A stretch of DNA of 64,000 nucleotides from Candidatus Methanoperedenaceae archaeon. GTDB lineage: Archaea; Halobacteriota; Methanosarcinia; Methanosarcinales; Methanoperedenaceae. This document shows, in pieces, positions 31,035 to 42,144 of the stretch. Both the position numbers and the translations under genes were made by a program. Location: contig CAVWCX010000022.1 in the NCBI GenBank assembly GCA_963753595.1, positions 1 through 64,000 on the forward strand, written 5' to 3'. A model generated the notes under the pieces. That model did no database searches, had not been told where the DNA came from, and worked only from the letters and a program-made list of their open reading frames with translations. Positions within the stretch are counted from its first letter, which is position 1. Each line of letters opens with the position of its first letter.

Positions 31035-31457
31035 CTATATAAAAAATATATTCTTCAAATCTTTAAAATGAGGGTCGCAACTGACAACTTTGCAGCCCAT
31101 TCTTTGTTGTTGTGCAATGATAAGAGCATCTATCATTCCAAAGCCTTTCTTTGTTTTCCTGATTTCACTTCGAATCACCGCAGCTTCCAGCCAATCCTGG
31201 GTCAAAATGCACCTGATATCGGAAACTTTCCGTACAATGGTATACAGTTCCTCAAAATCCACAATTTCTCTTATGGCCCAGCCTTTTATTTCAGCCAGGC
31301 AGCATTCGGGAGTGAGGATAATATTATTCTCATCCTCAATTATTTTTTTAACCTCTTCTCCTCTTTTTGAACCTGTGAAATATTCAATCCAGGCATATGT
31401 ATCGATCAAATACACAATATCACCAGAGGTCTTCATGCTCAGGTTCTTCTCTTTCAA
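31035..31457 (-). CDS. vapC: VapC PIN-domain toxin (true start probably near 31415)
   Basis: LIDTYAWIEY, GMIDALI, SCDPHF. Confidence 0.88.
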   Translation of the reverse strand: MKEKNLSMKTSGDIVYLIDTYAWIEYFTGSKRGEEVKKIIEDENNIILTPECCLAEIKGWAIREIVDFEELYTIVRKVSDIRCILTQDWLEAAVIRSEIRKTKKGFGMIDALIIAQQQRMGCKVVSCDPHFKDLKNIFFI

Positions 31458-31626
31458 ACGGTTTTTTCCCCGCCGCTATGCCAAACCCGCTTACTTTTTC
31501 TTTTTTTAAAATATTGATATCGATTAGATCCTTTTCAGATAATCCTAACTCAGCTACTTTATCTTTAGGGATGACCACTCCAAAGGAATTACCCCATTTT
31601 CTAACTTCTACTGTGGCATGGCACAT
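31420..31626 (-). CDS. vapB: AbrB/MazE-type antitoxin
   Basis: RKWGNSFGVVIPK; lies upstream of the PIN gene. Confidence 0.85.
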   Translation of the reverse strand: MCHATVEVRKWGNSFGVVIPKDKVAELGLSEKDLIDINILKKEKVSGFGIAAGKKPFEREEPEHEDLW

Positions 31627-31677
31627 AGATATATTGATGTAATTTTTGATATATAAGTTATACTATAGTGTATAACT

Positions 31678-32595
31678 TCATGCAAGAAGTTTTGAATATC
31701 TCTTAAACATCATAGCTTCCACCTTGCTGATATCAAGCAGCCTGATAAGCATCTTTATATCCTTTTCATCAACCGGAAAACCGGGAACCATTGCATCCCC
31801 TTTATAAAAAATCGTCCCTCCTTTCATATTTGCGCCTAAAAAACCTTTAGCTTTCCAGCTTATTATAAGCACCCCATCTTTCATATATGCACCCGCGAAC
31901 TCTCCCGTATTCCCTGCAACGATAGTCCCGCCGCGCAGAAGTACAGAAGTGTTCAAACCTGCATCCCCTTCAATCCTGACAAAACCCCGCTTCATCAGTA
32001 TCCCTGTGCTCATTCCCGCATTGCCTTCCACAAAGACCAACATGTCAGAATCAAGGCGGGCAGCGATCGTATCACGGATAATCCCATCTCTTAAGTATAA
32101 GCGGCCATTTTCCATAATATTCGGGGAAAGGATTTTTTTATTTGAAACTTCAGAAAGGAGATCTGTAATAGACATGAATTTTCGAAAGCCTGGGCGGTCA
32201 GATCCAACCTCTAAAACATTTCCCATTGGTTGTTTGACATTACCTTTTACATAGATCGCCCCGGATACCATACTGATACCCATCCGCGTATCAACATCCC
32301 CATCAACTATTATCGAGCCTGTCTTTATGGTTTTTCCCATGCCCCCGAAAAACTTAAGATCAACCCCGAGGCTGCTTCCAAGCCTTTTGCCTGCATTGCC
32401 TTTTAATGTCACATCTTCTCCATTCCTTAAAGCAAAAACAAGGTCCTGGTAGATATATGATGTGCCGGCCTGGTGCGGGACAACTGTGGACGGAGAAAGC
32501 CTGCTGCCCCCGTGCTGCCAGAAAAAATCATATGTGAAATCACATAAGCAATCAACCGGATAAGATAGTTCAAGGATCACAAAGGATAAATTCAC
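31678..32595 (-). CDS. FwdC/GltB-like GXGXG beta-helix protein
   Basis: Repeated G-x-x-M-x-G-G-x-I units. Confidence 0.75.
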   Translation of the reverse strand: MNLSFVILELSYPVDCLCDFTYDFFWQHGGSRLSPSTVVPHQAGTSYIYQDLVFALRNGEDVTLKGNAGKRLGSSLGVDLKFFGGMGKTIKTGSIIVDGDVDTRMGISMVSGAIYVKGNVKQPMGNVLEVGSDRPGFRKFMSITDLLSEVSNKKILSPNIMENGRLYLRDGIIRDTIAARLDSDMLVFVEGNAGMSTGILMKRGFVRIEGDAGLNTSVLLRGGTIVAGNTGEFAGAYMKDGVLIISWKAKGFLGANMKGGTIFYKGDAMVPGFPVDEKDIKMLIRLLDISKVEAMMFKRYSKLLA

Positions 32596-33134
32596 TTTAA
32601 AGTAGATGAATATTTATTATTCAATCCCTTTATCCGGTTTGAAAAAGAATTTTGTGCTTTGGTCTTTGTATAATTATCTATCATCGTACCGGTAAATGTG
32701 AATACTAATAAAACCAAAAGGTAAATTGTATTGATCTCCGTGGGGCTCATATATGAAAGACCGGATATTGCCTGGATATTTGCGCGGATAGCCATTAGCC
32801 CTAATACTATCATTGATGCCAGTATCCCATTTATGAACCAGAAGCTGTCTTTGACTTTCGTTGAGGCGATCATAAGAGGAATAATTATTAACCATAACTT
32901 GGCTGCAATAAGTCCTGATAGCCCATAATTAAAATAGATATATTGGATCAATGGGTTAGATTCAATCCCCACTCCTTTTGAATCCATCATAATAGCAGCT
33001 GTAACAGTATCTCCTATGTCGAATGTAATGAAAACGCAAAAATAAAGAAAATGCTGAAAATTTAATCGCCTGTAAACATATCCGAAAAGAAGTTTGATAA
33101 AACCAAATTCAGATTCTTGTTTGTTTTCAATCAT
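32592..33134 (-). CDS. Membrane protein (DUF5658-like)
   Basis: GDTVTA...GIESNPL...AKL motif. Confidence 0.6.
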   Translation of the reverse strand: MIENKQESEFGFIKLLFGYVYRRLNFQHFLYFCVFITFDIGDTVTAAIMMDSKGVGIESNPLIQYIYFNYGLSGLIAAKLWLIIIPLMIASTKVKDSFWFINGILASMIVLGLMAIRANIQAISGLSYMSPTEINTIYLLVLLVFTFTGTMIDNYTKTKAQNSFSNRIKGLNNKYSSTLK

Positions 33135-33257
33135 TTTTTCACCATTAAAGTAATATTATCAACATTATCAACAACACACATCATCATTATTATCATAGTT
33201 ATGATAATTAGTAAATTGTTTTAAGGATATATAAAGTTATCTTGAAAAAATGAGCAT

Positions 33258-35357
33258 TTACTTGAACTTCTTCAGCAATTTCCCATAGAATTCGATATCT
33301 TTGTACTTACGCGCAAGCCTTTCCACAATCAGTTCAGGCGTGCTGCGGGCAAGATAATTATATCTCGGATTCCTGTCAACTATAAGGTTCAGGTTCTCAT
33401 CAAGACCTTTTGCTTCAATTCCGTCAACTCTGATATTGTGAGTTGTATTTTTGAGTATCGATTCTGCCAGGTGGCTGACAAATACCCCAATGCCATTTTT
33501 ATCGTCTAGCTCCTCTAGTATCCCTGAAATAATCCTGGCAGAAGCCCCGGGCTCAGTTATGGATTCCATCTCATCAGTAAGGACGATTTTGGTTTTTTCA
33601 TTCGAAACGGCAGAGAAATCCCTGACCGTGCTTTCAAAAGCCCCGGCATCCATTGTCCCTTTGGATTTTCCGAAATAATAGAATTCTTCTACAAGACCCA
33701 TTTCGCATTCAGCGGCCGGGACGGGAAATCCCATGTGGGCAAGTATGACAACCTGGGCAAGAAGATCAAGTGTTGATGTTTTGCCGCCGGAATTTACGCC
33801 GCTTAACAGGACCACACGCGAATCTTTGAGTTTACCGATACCGGAATTCATGCGGGATATTCCAACTGCGTAATCTATCGGGACTGGATTTTCCAGGAAA
33901 AGGTTTGATCCTCCTTTTATGCCTATCCCGTTTTCACTCTGAAGACGTGGCATGTTAAGAGCGAATTTCTTTGAAAAACAGGCGATCGTATATCCAACAT
34001 CAAACTCAAGAACCTCACGGACAAGCAGTGATGCGGTTTCTTTTAAGTTTGAAAGAAAACGGGCATTATTCCTGAGAATTACGATCTTTCGTGACGCTAT
34101 GCTTCGAAGGAGATGGTTTTTTAATCCTTCAACACCGCGTACGTTCACTTTGATCGGGTGAGATACCTCCTCGTTGAAAAAAGTATTGACATACTGTGAT
34201 TCTGCCGGATTTAGATCAAGTCCGGACACGACCTCCCGCAATGCATTAGCCGTCACTGTATTGTATTTTTCCCTGATCTCTTTCTCAAGCAGCCGGTTAA
34301 TGCCCCCATCCATTGCTGTGAGCATGTCAAAGCCTTTGACGGTAATTGAGCTTTTTTCGATAAGAGCCCTGAATTCAACATTTGCCTGTTGTTGCGAATT
34401 TGTAACTGTATCGCTTAAGCGTTCGATAATTGATCTGCATCTATCTATTTCATTATCAAGCCCGCTTTTTACATCATTTTCACCTGAGAGTTTCATTAAA
34501 CCTGAAGATAACCGCTGGATATCCTCTGTTTTTATTTTTTCACAAAAATCAGGGGCATGCTGCCTGATCTTATTAAATATCCCTATTGAGCAGGTGATGG
34601 CTTCAAGGTTTTTTGTAAAAAATGCCAGTTCTTTTTCAGGAGCGATCTGCCAGGTCTCTAATTTTTTGATATCAAGGAAATCAACATCCAGATCCTGCGG
34701 AAAATCAAGGCCGGCTAGCCCCGTACCAAGTATCACATACGAATAGCCCCGGGCTACATCTGCAATTTCTCTCCGGTCAGAAACAAGCTGTACTGAAACA
34801 GGGAATTTTTTGGCGGCTTCAAATTCCTCAGGAGTTGTTGCAATGATGACCCTGTCCCTGATCACAGGTATATTTAAATTTGTTTTCAGGGGTTTTATTC
34901 TGGATAAAAGAGATGAGAGTTCTTTTTCATCGAGTTTATCTGCAATCCCGATAATTGCGCGGATCTCTTTTTGGATATGGATTATCTTTTCCAGCTTTTG
35001 CGAAGGATAAGGGAAATATAAGCTGAGTTTGCTTCTTGCATGATCCATATGCGCAAAACCTTTGATGAGTTCCAGGAGCTTTTCATAATAATCAAATGCC
35101 TCATTTGTTTTCAGGAAATCCCTGACACCCGTTCCCTCGTTTATTGCAATAGCCTCAAGCACAAGGGAAATGGCGGTCTTTTCGGTCATTCCCTCAAGTT
35201 CGGTGATAGCAGCGATATCCTGACTTATTATGGCATCAATTGCCTGTTTTTCAGAGCCGAAATGCTCAACCAGGCGGCGCGCGGTTTTATCGCCAATGCG
35301 GGGGATGGATTTCAGGGTGGTTATCATGGAATTCAATTTGATTTTTATATGTCTCAT
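33258..35357 (-). CDS. Archaeal MutS-family ATPase (MutS2/MutS5-like) with N-terminal HhH, no Smr domain
   Basis: IPRIGDKTA HhH, SGVNSGGKT, DAGAFE, DEMESITEPGA, VSH. Confidence 0.88.
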   Translation of the reverse strand: MRHIKIKLNSMITTLKSIPRIGDKTARRLVEHFGSEKQAIDAIISQDIAAITELEGMTEKTAISLVLEAIAINEGTGVRDFLKTNEAFDYYEKLLELIKGFAHMDHARSKLSLYFPYPSQKLEKIIHIQKEIRAIIGIADKLDEKELSSLLSRIKPLKTNLNIPVIRDRVIIATTPEEFEAAKKFPVSVQLVSDRREIADVARGYSYVILGTGLAGLDFPQDLDVDFLDIKKLETWQIAPEKELAFFTKNLEAITCSIGIFNKIRQHAPDFCEKIKTEDIQRLSSGLMKLSGENDVKSGLDNEIDRCRSIIERLSDTVTNSQQQANVEFRALIEKSSITVKGFDMLTAMDGGINRLLEKEIREKYNTVTANALREVVSGLDLNPAESQYVNTFFNEEVSHPIKVNVRGVEGLKNHLLRSIASRKIVILRNNARFLSNLKETASLLVREVLEFDVGYTIACFSKKFALNMPRLQSENGIGIKGGSNLFLENPVPIDYAVGISRMNSGIGKLKDSRVVLLSGVNSGGKTSTLDLLAQVVILAHMGFPVPAAECEMGLVEEFYYFGKSKGTMDAGAFESTVRDFSAVSNEKTKIVLTDEMESITEPGASARIISGILEELDDKNGIGVFVSHLAESILKNTTHNIRVDGIEAKGLDENLNLIVDRNPRYNYLARSTPELIVERLARKYKDIEFYGKLLKKFK

Positions 35358-35423
35358 CTTAATTGTATGCCGATTTTAAAAACGTTGGTATCATATCACA
35401 AAGCATATCCGGCAATATAGTCA

Positions 35424-35515
35424 AGAACCTGAACTCCGGCGCGTGAGTTCGTATCAGTTCGTGCGAAATGGCTGTTAATTTTCTTCATACCAGATCGCAA
35501 AGTCAGCAAAGATAG
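35424..35515. repeat. Dispersed hairpin repeat element, copy 1
   Basis: GAACTCcggcgcgtGAGTTC...CAGTTC...TGTTAATTTT...AGCAAAGA; homologous to 46580-46670. Confidence 0.65.
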
Positions 35516-35674
35516 TGATATAAATGTGGTCCTGGCGGGCAGGCATACAGGATTTGATTTTAAATCGTTTCATAAACGTGAGACATCGGACAAAAGCTCA
35601 CCGTAAAAAAAATTACATGCTCATTAAGTTTAAATATTAAAACAGCGAAGTCTGAGGAAAGGTGGTAAAAAAAA

Positions 35675-35956
35675 ATGGAGGTAACAATAGCAAGATGTGG
35701 TCTTGCCTGCGAGATATGTCAGCATTTCATAGATCAAAAGTGCCTTGGTTGTGAAATGGAACCTGAATTTAATAGTAGATGTCTCATTTTTAATTGCACT
35801 GAAAAAAGGCAAATTAAATATTGTCTTCAATGCCCCGAATTTCCATGTAAAATAATGAATCTGTCAAAAACCTACTGTCCGGTATTTTCTAAATTCAATA
35901 ATCTTGATTTGCCTCACAAAATCATGATCCATCCTCACGTTGCTGCCATTCAATAA
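35675..35956 (+). CDS. DUF3795 Cys-rich small protein
   Basis: ARCGLACEIC, CLGC, YCLQCPEFPC. Confidence 0.8.
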   Translation: MEVTIARCGLACEICQHFIDQKCLGCEMEPEFNSRCLIFNCTEKRQIKYCLQCPEFPCKIMNLSKTYCPVFSKFNNLDLPHKIMIHPHVAAIQ

Positions 35957-36070
35957 GTATTACGCTGCGGCTGGATGAAATTCGGGGATATGCAAAGACT
36001 GAATAGGGATAGACAACTCATGATGTGTCATACATAATGATTATATAGATGAAAAACATAAACACCTGTT

Positions 36071-36433
36071 ATGGACACAGTATTAGGGAGTCTAATTGAT
36101 GATTTTACCCTGTTTAGAATTATTGCAGTAATTAATTTTATACTTATCCTGGCAGTAACTTATCTTGTTATTCAAGTAACACTGGCATGGAAATTCATGC
36201 AAAAGGAAGAAGTGATCTCAGATAAAGTAATTTCAAATAAAAGAAGTTTATACAAAAGTTTGATCTTTATATTTATCGGAGGCTTTTTCATGCTTGCCCA
36301 TGAATTTCTCGAAGGTCTTAAAGAAAATTCAGACTCTACAACATATGAATTTTTTGAACTCATAGCACTTTCAGGATTAGTTCTCTTTTTGTTTGACTGG
36401 AATAAAATATTGAAGAAAAAAAAAGTTAATTAG
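36071..36433 (+). CDS. Hypothetical membrane protein (3 TM)
   Basis: Hydrophobic segments. Confidence 0.6.
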   Translation: MDTVLGSLIDDFTLFRIIAVINFILILAVTYLVIQVTLAWKFMQKEEVISDKVISNKRSLYKSLIFIFIGGFFMLAHEFLEGLKENSDSTTYEFFELIALSGLVLFLFDWNKILKKKKVN

Positions 36434-36605
36434 TTTTTAGAATAGGTATATTCAATATTTTATAATTACACTTCTCTGAAATCATAGCAAAACTTATCTT
36501 ACTATTTTTCCATTACCCCATACGAAAGTATTATCCAATAAAGTGCCCTATAAAAACCACCGTTTTCATAATAATTAATAATTCTATTAAATTCGGAGAA
36601 AAAGG

Positions 36606-37727
36606 ATGCCTGTTAAAAAAGAAAAAGAACCACTTATAATGCACCCGCGGCCCAGTTCGATCGTAGCCGCATTGTACACGTTAAGAGACCTTGATACCGA
36701 TGTTGTTATATTGCACGGCCCTCCCGGATGCAGTTTCAAGCATGCCCGTCTTCTTGAAGAGGACGGCATGAGAGTTGTCACTACATCGCTTGATGAGACT
36801 GGATTTGTTTTCGGGGGGCATGACGCCCTTGTCGAGGTGCTTGAAAAAGTAATTGAGCGCTTTAATCCCAAACGCATAGGGATCGTGGGTACATGTGCAA
36901 GCATGATAATCGGAGAGGAATTGCATGAGGCAGTAACCCAGGTACAGCCTGATGTTCCTGTGATTGAAGTGGATGTGCATGCTGGCTACAGGGATAACAC
37001 AAAAGGAGTAATTATGGCTCTTGAATCGGCGCTTGCCTGTGGAATTATCAGCGAAGCGGAATTTGAGAGACAAAAAGCGCTTCTTAAAGAAGCTACAATG
37101 GTGGAGAAGCGCCATGGTGCGGCCAGTAAGGAATATCTTGAACCTAACCGCGGCGATCTCAAATACAAAGTAGCGGAAAGATTGCTTGAATTGATAAAGC
37201 AGGGTAAAAAAGGAATCAATATTCTCAATGCCAAGAAAGAGACCGCTTTCATGTTCGCGGATATTAACCTTGCAGTAGCCCAGGTTTCTGAAAAACTGGG
37301 TTTTGGCTCCAATATCGTAAACATGGTAAACCTTGATGTTAATGTCGGGCTTCCCAAGAACAGGAGAAATGCCCGGGAAATTACGGAAGACCTGAAAGAA
37401 AAAGGTTTTGAAATACACCATATTATCGGAGGATTGGATGAGTATCCTGTAGCAGGAAATACCGCAGATAAGATAATCGGTGAGAAATACAGTGATTATG
37501 ATTTTGCAGTCATATCAGGTGTCCCTCATGCGCTCCCTATGGATAATATTAAGAATATGGAATTATTTTCTGTAACAAACGGACCGCGCCAGGTCGTCCC
37601 CTTAAAAGAGATGGGGCACACTCATGTTGTGGTAGAGATCGACCTTCATCCCAAGACGCTGGGAGTATGCCACATAGTTGAGTCCGAATTCGGGGCAACA
37701 CTCAGGGAGATGGTAAAAGATGCCTAA
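36606..37727 (+). CDS. cfbD: Ni-sirohydrochlorin a,c-diamide reductive cyclase, catalytic subunit
   Basis: [29 protein letters not shown]; short NifD-like protein. Confidence 0.95.
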   Translation: MPVKKEKEPLIMHPRPSSIVAALYTLRDLDTDVVILHGPPGCSFKHARLLEEDGMRVVTTSLDETGFVFGGHDALVEVLEKVIERFNPKRIGIVGTCASMIIGEELHEAVTQVQPDVPVIEVDVHAGYRDNTKGVIMALESALACGIISEAEFERQKALLKEATMVEKRHGAASKEYLEPNRGDLKYKVAERLLELIKQGKKGINILNAKKETAFMFADINLAVAQVSEKLGFGSNIVNMVNLDVNVGLPKNRRNAREITEDLKEKGFEIHHIIGGLDEYPVAGNTADKIIGEKYSDYDFAVISGVPHALPMDNIKNMELFSVTNGPRQVVPLKEMGHTHVVVEIDLHPKTLGVCHIVESEFGATLREMVKDA

Positions 37728-38511
37728 GCAGATAGCTATTTACGGAAAAGGCGGGATCGGTAAATCAAGCACTGCTTCCAATGTTGCTGCCGCATGTGCT
37801 GATGAGGGCTACCGCGTTACTATAATCGGATGCGACCCAAAGAGTGATTCCTCAATTACATTATTGCAGGGCCGACGCATTCCTACCATAATGGACCTTA
37901 TGAGAGAAGGCATAGATATAAAGGAAGAGGATATCGTTTTCAACGGGTATAAAGGGGTAAAATGCCTTGAGATCGGGGGGCCTGAACCCGGCATCGGATG
38001 TGCAGGAAGGGGAATTATCGTTGCTATCAGCCTTCTTAAGAAAATTTCACGCGCCATCGAGGACACAGATCTTGTTATTTATGATGTGCCCGGCGATATC
38101 GTATGCGGAGGTTTTGTTGCGCCTGTCAAGAAGGGGCTTGTTAATGAGGCATATGTTCTCACTTCAGGCGAATACATGCCGCTGTATGCCGCGAACAACA
38201 TCTGCAAAGGACTTTCCCGCCTTGATATGACGCTCAACGGGGTGATATGCAATTCGCGCGGCGCTTTGAATGAGGAAAAGATCGTCAGTGAGTTTGCAAA
38301 AGAGGTCGGAAGCCAGCTTCTTGCTTTTATTCCAAAAGATGTCCTCGTGCAGACATGCGAAAGAGATGGATTTTCAGTTATTGAGAAAGCTCCCGATTCG
38401 GATATTGCATCCGTCTACCGTAAACTTGCAAAAAGCATTATGGGAAAAAGAGATGGAAAGATCCCTGTGCCGCTTAATGATAACAGGTTGAGGGAATTGA
38501 CAAGGATTTGA
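37720..38511 (+). CDS. cfbC: Reductive cyclase ATP-dependent reductase (NifH-like)
   Basis: [38 protein letters not shown]; between cfbD and cfbB. Confidence 0.95.
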   Translation: MPKQIAIYGKGGIGKSSTASNVAAACADEGYRVTIIGCDPKSDSSITLLQGRRIPTIMDLMREGIDIKEEDIVFNGYKGVKCLEIGGPEPGIGCAGRGIIVAISLLKKISRAIEDTDLVIYDVPGDIVCGGFVAPVKKGLVNEAYVLTSGEYMPLYAANNICKGLSRLDMTLNGVICNSRGALNEEKIVSEFAKEVGSQLLAFIPKDVLVQTCERDGFSVIEKAPDSDIASVYRKLAKSIMGKRDGKIPVPLNDNRLRELTRI

Positions 38512-38515
38512 TTTT

Positions 38516-39949
38516 TTGGAGAATATGACCGACAAACTTGATATCCCCCGAATTCTTATCGCGGGTGACCGCTCATCAGCAGGAAAAACAACAATATCGA
38601 TCGGCATTATGTCGGTTCTTAAGGATATGGGCTATAATGTCCAGCCATATAAAGTTGGTCTTGATTTCATAGACCCCAGCTACCATACGGAAGTCACAGG
38701 CAGGTTCTCAAGGAACCTTGATGGTTATTTAATGCCAGAGGAAGCCGTTTGTGAGGTTTATTCCCACGCGACGAGGGGAGCTGATATTGCCGTTATTGAA
38801 GGTGTACGTGGTCTTTTTGAAGGGCTTGAAGCAACAAGCGACATCGGAAGCACAGCACAGATCGCCAAAATATTAAAATGCCCTGTAATTCTTACGATCA
38901 ATGCAAGAAGCATTACACGCAGTACCGCAGCGCTTGTTTCAGGATATAAGTCTTTTGACCCGAAAGTGAACATCCTTGGGGTGATCCTGAATAATATCGG
39001 AAGCCAGCGACATGCCGAGAAAGCAAAGATCGCGATTGAGACTTATACGAATACGCCGGTCATCGGAGTAATACCTCGCAATGACTCTATGAAGATCTCG
39101 ATGAGGCACCTCGGGCTTATCCCTGCAATGGAAGGACGGCGAAAAGTAGCGGATTTTGATGCGAACCTGGGAAGGATAAAAGAGATCATAAAAGAAGGCA
39201 TCGATATTGACAGGTTTATTTCGATCGCTAATTCTGCCCCGGTACTTGAAAAATCCAGCGAGAAAATATTCAGGGAGCATCCACAAAAAAACAAGATAAA
39301 GATCGGTGTGGCTCTTGATGAAGCATTTAATTTTTATTACCGTGATAACCTTGAGTTGCTTGAACTTTCAGGAGCCGAACTTGTATATTTCAGTCCTGTG
39401 AATGACAGGACGCTGCCTAAAGTGGATGGATTGTATATCGGGGGCGGTTACCCGGAATTATTCACAAATGAACTTGAAGATAATACTTCCATGCGTGAAG
39501 CTATAAAACAAGCTTCAAAAGACGGTCTTCCAATTTATGCAGAATGCGGTGGACTGATGTACCTTACACAGGAGATCACCACAAATGTTTCGGGAAGCGG
39601 AAATTATAATATGGCAGAAATGAAAGGCGGGACTTTCAAGATGGCAGGTGCGCTCCCCGGAAAGACATTGATGGGGCATAAAAGGGTTGTAAGTTATAAT
39701 ATCGGCAGTTTCATTAAAGATAATGTTATAGGAAAAACCGGAGCTTCTTTTATAGGTCATGAATTTCATCATTCAGAGATAATTGACCTGCCGGATAATA
39801 CTGAATTTGCAATTAAGCTTGACCGCGGGGTTGGAATAAAAGGTGAGTATGACGGGATCCTTGTCAACAATACGATGGCAGCCTATGCGCATCTGCATGC
39901 GGCATCTTATACGGGTTTTGCCGGGGCGTTCGTGGAGTTTTGCAGATGA
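38516..39949 (+). CDS. cfbB: Ni-sirohydrochlorin a,c-diamide synthase (CbiA-like)
   Basis: GDRSSAGKTT, DFIDPSYH, ECGGLMYL, GHEFHHS. Confidence 0.93.
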   Translation: MENMTDKLDIPRILIAGDRSSAGKTTISIGIMSVLKDMGYNVQPYKVGLDFIDPSYHTEVTGRFSRNLDGYLMPEEAVCEVYSHATRGADIAVIEGVRGLFEGLEATSDIGSTAQIAKILKCPVILTINARSITRSTAALVSGYKSFDPKVNILGVILNNIGSQRHAEKAKIAIETYTNTPVIGVIPRNDSMKISMRHLGLIPAMEGRRKVADFDANLGRIKEIIKEGIDIDRFISIANSAPVLEKSSEKIFREHPQKNKIKIGVALDEAFNFYYRDNLELLELSGAELVYFSPVNDRTLPKVDGLYIGGGYPELFTNELEDNTSMREAIKQASKDGLPIYAECGGLMYLTQEITTNVSGSGNYNMAEMKGGTFKMAGALPGKTLMGHKRVVSYNIGSFIKDNVIGKTGASFIGHEFHHSEIIDLPDNTEFAIKLDRGVGIKGEYDGILVNNTMAAYAHLHAASYTGFAGAFVEFCR

Positions 39950-40224
39950 CAAAAGACCAGGTATTCATAACAGTTATCGGAAAAGACCAGAAAGGAATAA
40001 TCGCACGGATCTCAAATGCTGTTTTTGCGCATAATATCAATATCGAAGACCTCAACCAGAAAATAATGGGGGGCTATTTTGTGATGACCCTGCTTGCCGA
40101 TATCACTGATTCTCCTATCACCATAACCCAATTGAAAAAAGAGCTTTCATTAATAGAAGATGAGATGGGCTTAAAGATCATGGTCCAGCATGAGAATATC
40201 TTCAAGACAATGCACAGGGTGTAA
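39940..40224 (+). CDS. ACT-domain protein (UPF0237)
   Basis: ITVIGKDQKGII...QHENIFKTMHRV. Confidence 0.88.
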   Translation: MQMTKDQVFITVIGKDQKGIIARISNAVFAHNINIEDLNQKIMGGYFVMTLLADITDSPITITQLKKELSLIEDEMGLKIMVQHENIFKTMHRV

Positions 40225-40227
40225 TAC

Positions 40228-41586
40228 ATGGAATATTCACTTGAAGAGGTCATGGAAACTGTCCAGATGACTCTTTATCATAATTTTGATATAAGGACTG
40301 TGACCCTGGGGATAAACCTCAAGGATTGCATCAATTCAGACCTTGATATTTTCAAGGAAAACGTATACGACAGGGTATCTGGTTATGGACGAAGACTTAT
40401 CCAGGAAGCACAGGAACTTGAAGATAAATACGGCATTCCCATAATCAATAAAAGGATATCGGTAACTCCAGTCTCACTTATTATCGAAGCATGCGCCGAG
40501 GATGATGCGCCTCTCCAGATCGCAAAGACCCTTGATAAAGCATCAAAGGATGTTGGAATTGATTTTATCGGCGGGTATGGCGCGCTTGTCCAGAAAGGTA
40601 TGACCCGGGCGGATGAGCGGCTCATAAACTCGCTCCCTGAAGTCCTCTCAAGTACGGAAAGGGTCTGTGCTTTCCTGAATGTGGCTTCAACTGTTTCAGG
40701 TATGAACATGGATGCTGTGATACGGCTCGGGAATATCTTAAAAGAAACAGCAAAAAGAACTGAGAATGGTATCGGATGCGCTAAATTCGTGGTTTTTGCA
40801 AATGCCCCGGAGGATAATCCTTTTATGGCAGGGGCTTTCCACGGCGTGGGCGAGCCGGATTTCTCATTGAATATCGGGATAAGCGGTCCCGGCGTTGTCC
40901 GAAGCGTGGTCGAGAAGAACAAGAACTGCGACCTTACCGAGCTTTCTGAGGTCATAAAACGCACAACGTTTAAAATAACAAGAGCAGGAGAGCTTATTGG
41001 AAGAGAACTTGCACAAGAACTTTGCGTGCCTTTCGGGATCGTGGATATCTCGCTTGCCTCAACAACAAAAGTCGGGGATTCTGTCGCCGGGATCGTTGAA
41101 ATGATGGGTGTTGAGAAAATGGGGGCGCCGGGAAGCACTGCCGCGCTTGCTCTTCTTATTGATGCTGTGAAAAAAGGGGGCGCTATGGCATCAGGCAACG
41201 TTGGCGGTTTAAGCGGCACGTTCATTCCCGTCAGCGAGGATTCCTGCATGAATGAAGCGGTCAGGGTAGGGGCACTTTCAATCGAGAAGCTTGAGGCGCT
41301 CACAGCTGTTTGCTCTGTCGGGCTTGATATGATCGCAATTCCGGGGGATACTGACGCTTCGACCATTTCAGCTATAATCGCAGATGAACTTGCCATTGGA
41401 GTAGTCAATAATAAGACAACAGGAGTAAGGCTCATTCCCGTCCCGGGCAAAAAAGCAGGAGATTACGTGAATTTCGGCGGGCTTCTGGGTGAGACCTATG
41501 TGATGAACATCAGCACTTTCAGTTCGCATGATTTTATTCTGCGGGGCGGAAGGATGCCAAGCCCGGTTACGAGCATGAGGAATTAA
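40228..41586 (+). CDS. UPF0210/DUF711 (PFL-like) protein
   Basis: [35 protein letters not shown]. Confidence 0.9.
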   Translation: MEYSLEEVMETVQMTLYHNFDIRTVTLGINLKDCINSDLDIFKENVYDRVSGYGRRLIQEAQELEDKYGIPIINKRISVTPVSLIIEACAEDDAPLQIAKTLDKASKDVGIDFIGGYGALVQKGMTRADERLINSLPEVLSSTERVCAFLNVASTVSGMNMDAVIRLGNILKETAKRTENGIGCAKFVVFANAPEDNPFMAGAFHGVGEPDFSLNIGISGPGVVRSVVEKNKNCDLTELSEVIKRTTFKITRAGELIGRELAQELCVPFGIVDISLASTTKVGDSVAGIVEMMGVEKMGAPGSTAALALLIDAVKKGGAMASGNVGGLSGTFIPVSEDSCMNEAVRVGALSIEKLEALTAVCSVGLDMIAIPGDTDASTISAIIADELAIGVVNNKTTGVRLIPVPGKKAGDYVNFGGLLGETYVMNISTFSSHDFILRGGRMPSPVTSMRN

Positions 41587-41746
41587 GAAAGGTTTTGATT
41601 TTTTAGCGCATAGCATGACTAAAAATAGAAACGCTTTTCGAAATACAAACATTTATAATATATCGAACCATAATCTCACCTGCAAATGGTGATAGCATAA
41701 GTTATTCCTGAAATTGCTATCATTACTACAATATGCGGTGGTATAA

Positions 41747-42144
41747 ATGGTATCAAAATCAGTTATAAATAATTACAAGGGGCATGCCCTCAGAACAGTG
41801 GTTGGATTATTAATACTGTCGTTATATCCTTGCTGGGTCGCAAGTGCCGGGAATATACCTGTACAAACTGCTGCTTCCGACGATGTGAATATTACAAAAG
41901 TCGGACATTTCGGAGGCGCGACCTATGCCGCTCTGCCGTTTGGAAATTATGCATATATAGGACAGGGGAGTGATTTTGTGGTACTTAACATTAGCAATAA
42001 AACGGCCCCTGTTGAGGTAGACAGGGTAGAAACCGGCGGTATTATCATGGATATTGCGCTGGCGGGAAATTATGCATATGTGGCTGATGGTTCTAATGGT
42101 CTTTTGATTGTTGATGTGAGCAATCCGGCAGCTCTCACTTTAAA
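41747..42144 (+). pseudogene. 5' fragment of secreted LVIVD-repeat protein, cut by IS
   Basis: Signal peptide, GNYAYV..GLLIVDVSNP; interrupted at the IS end at 42145. Confidence 0.8.

Noticed and set aside
36606-38511. NifH/NifD-like pair read as nitrogenase
   Set aside because: The short NifD-like subunit, absence of nifK/E/N and adjacent cfbB identify F430 biosynthesis.
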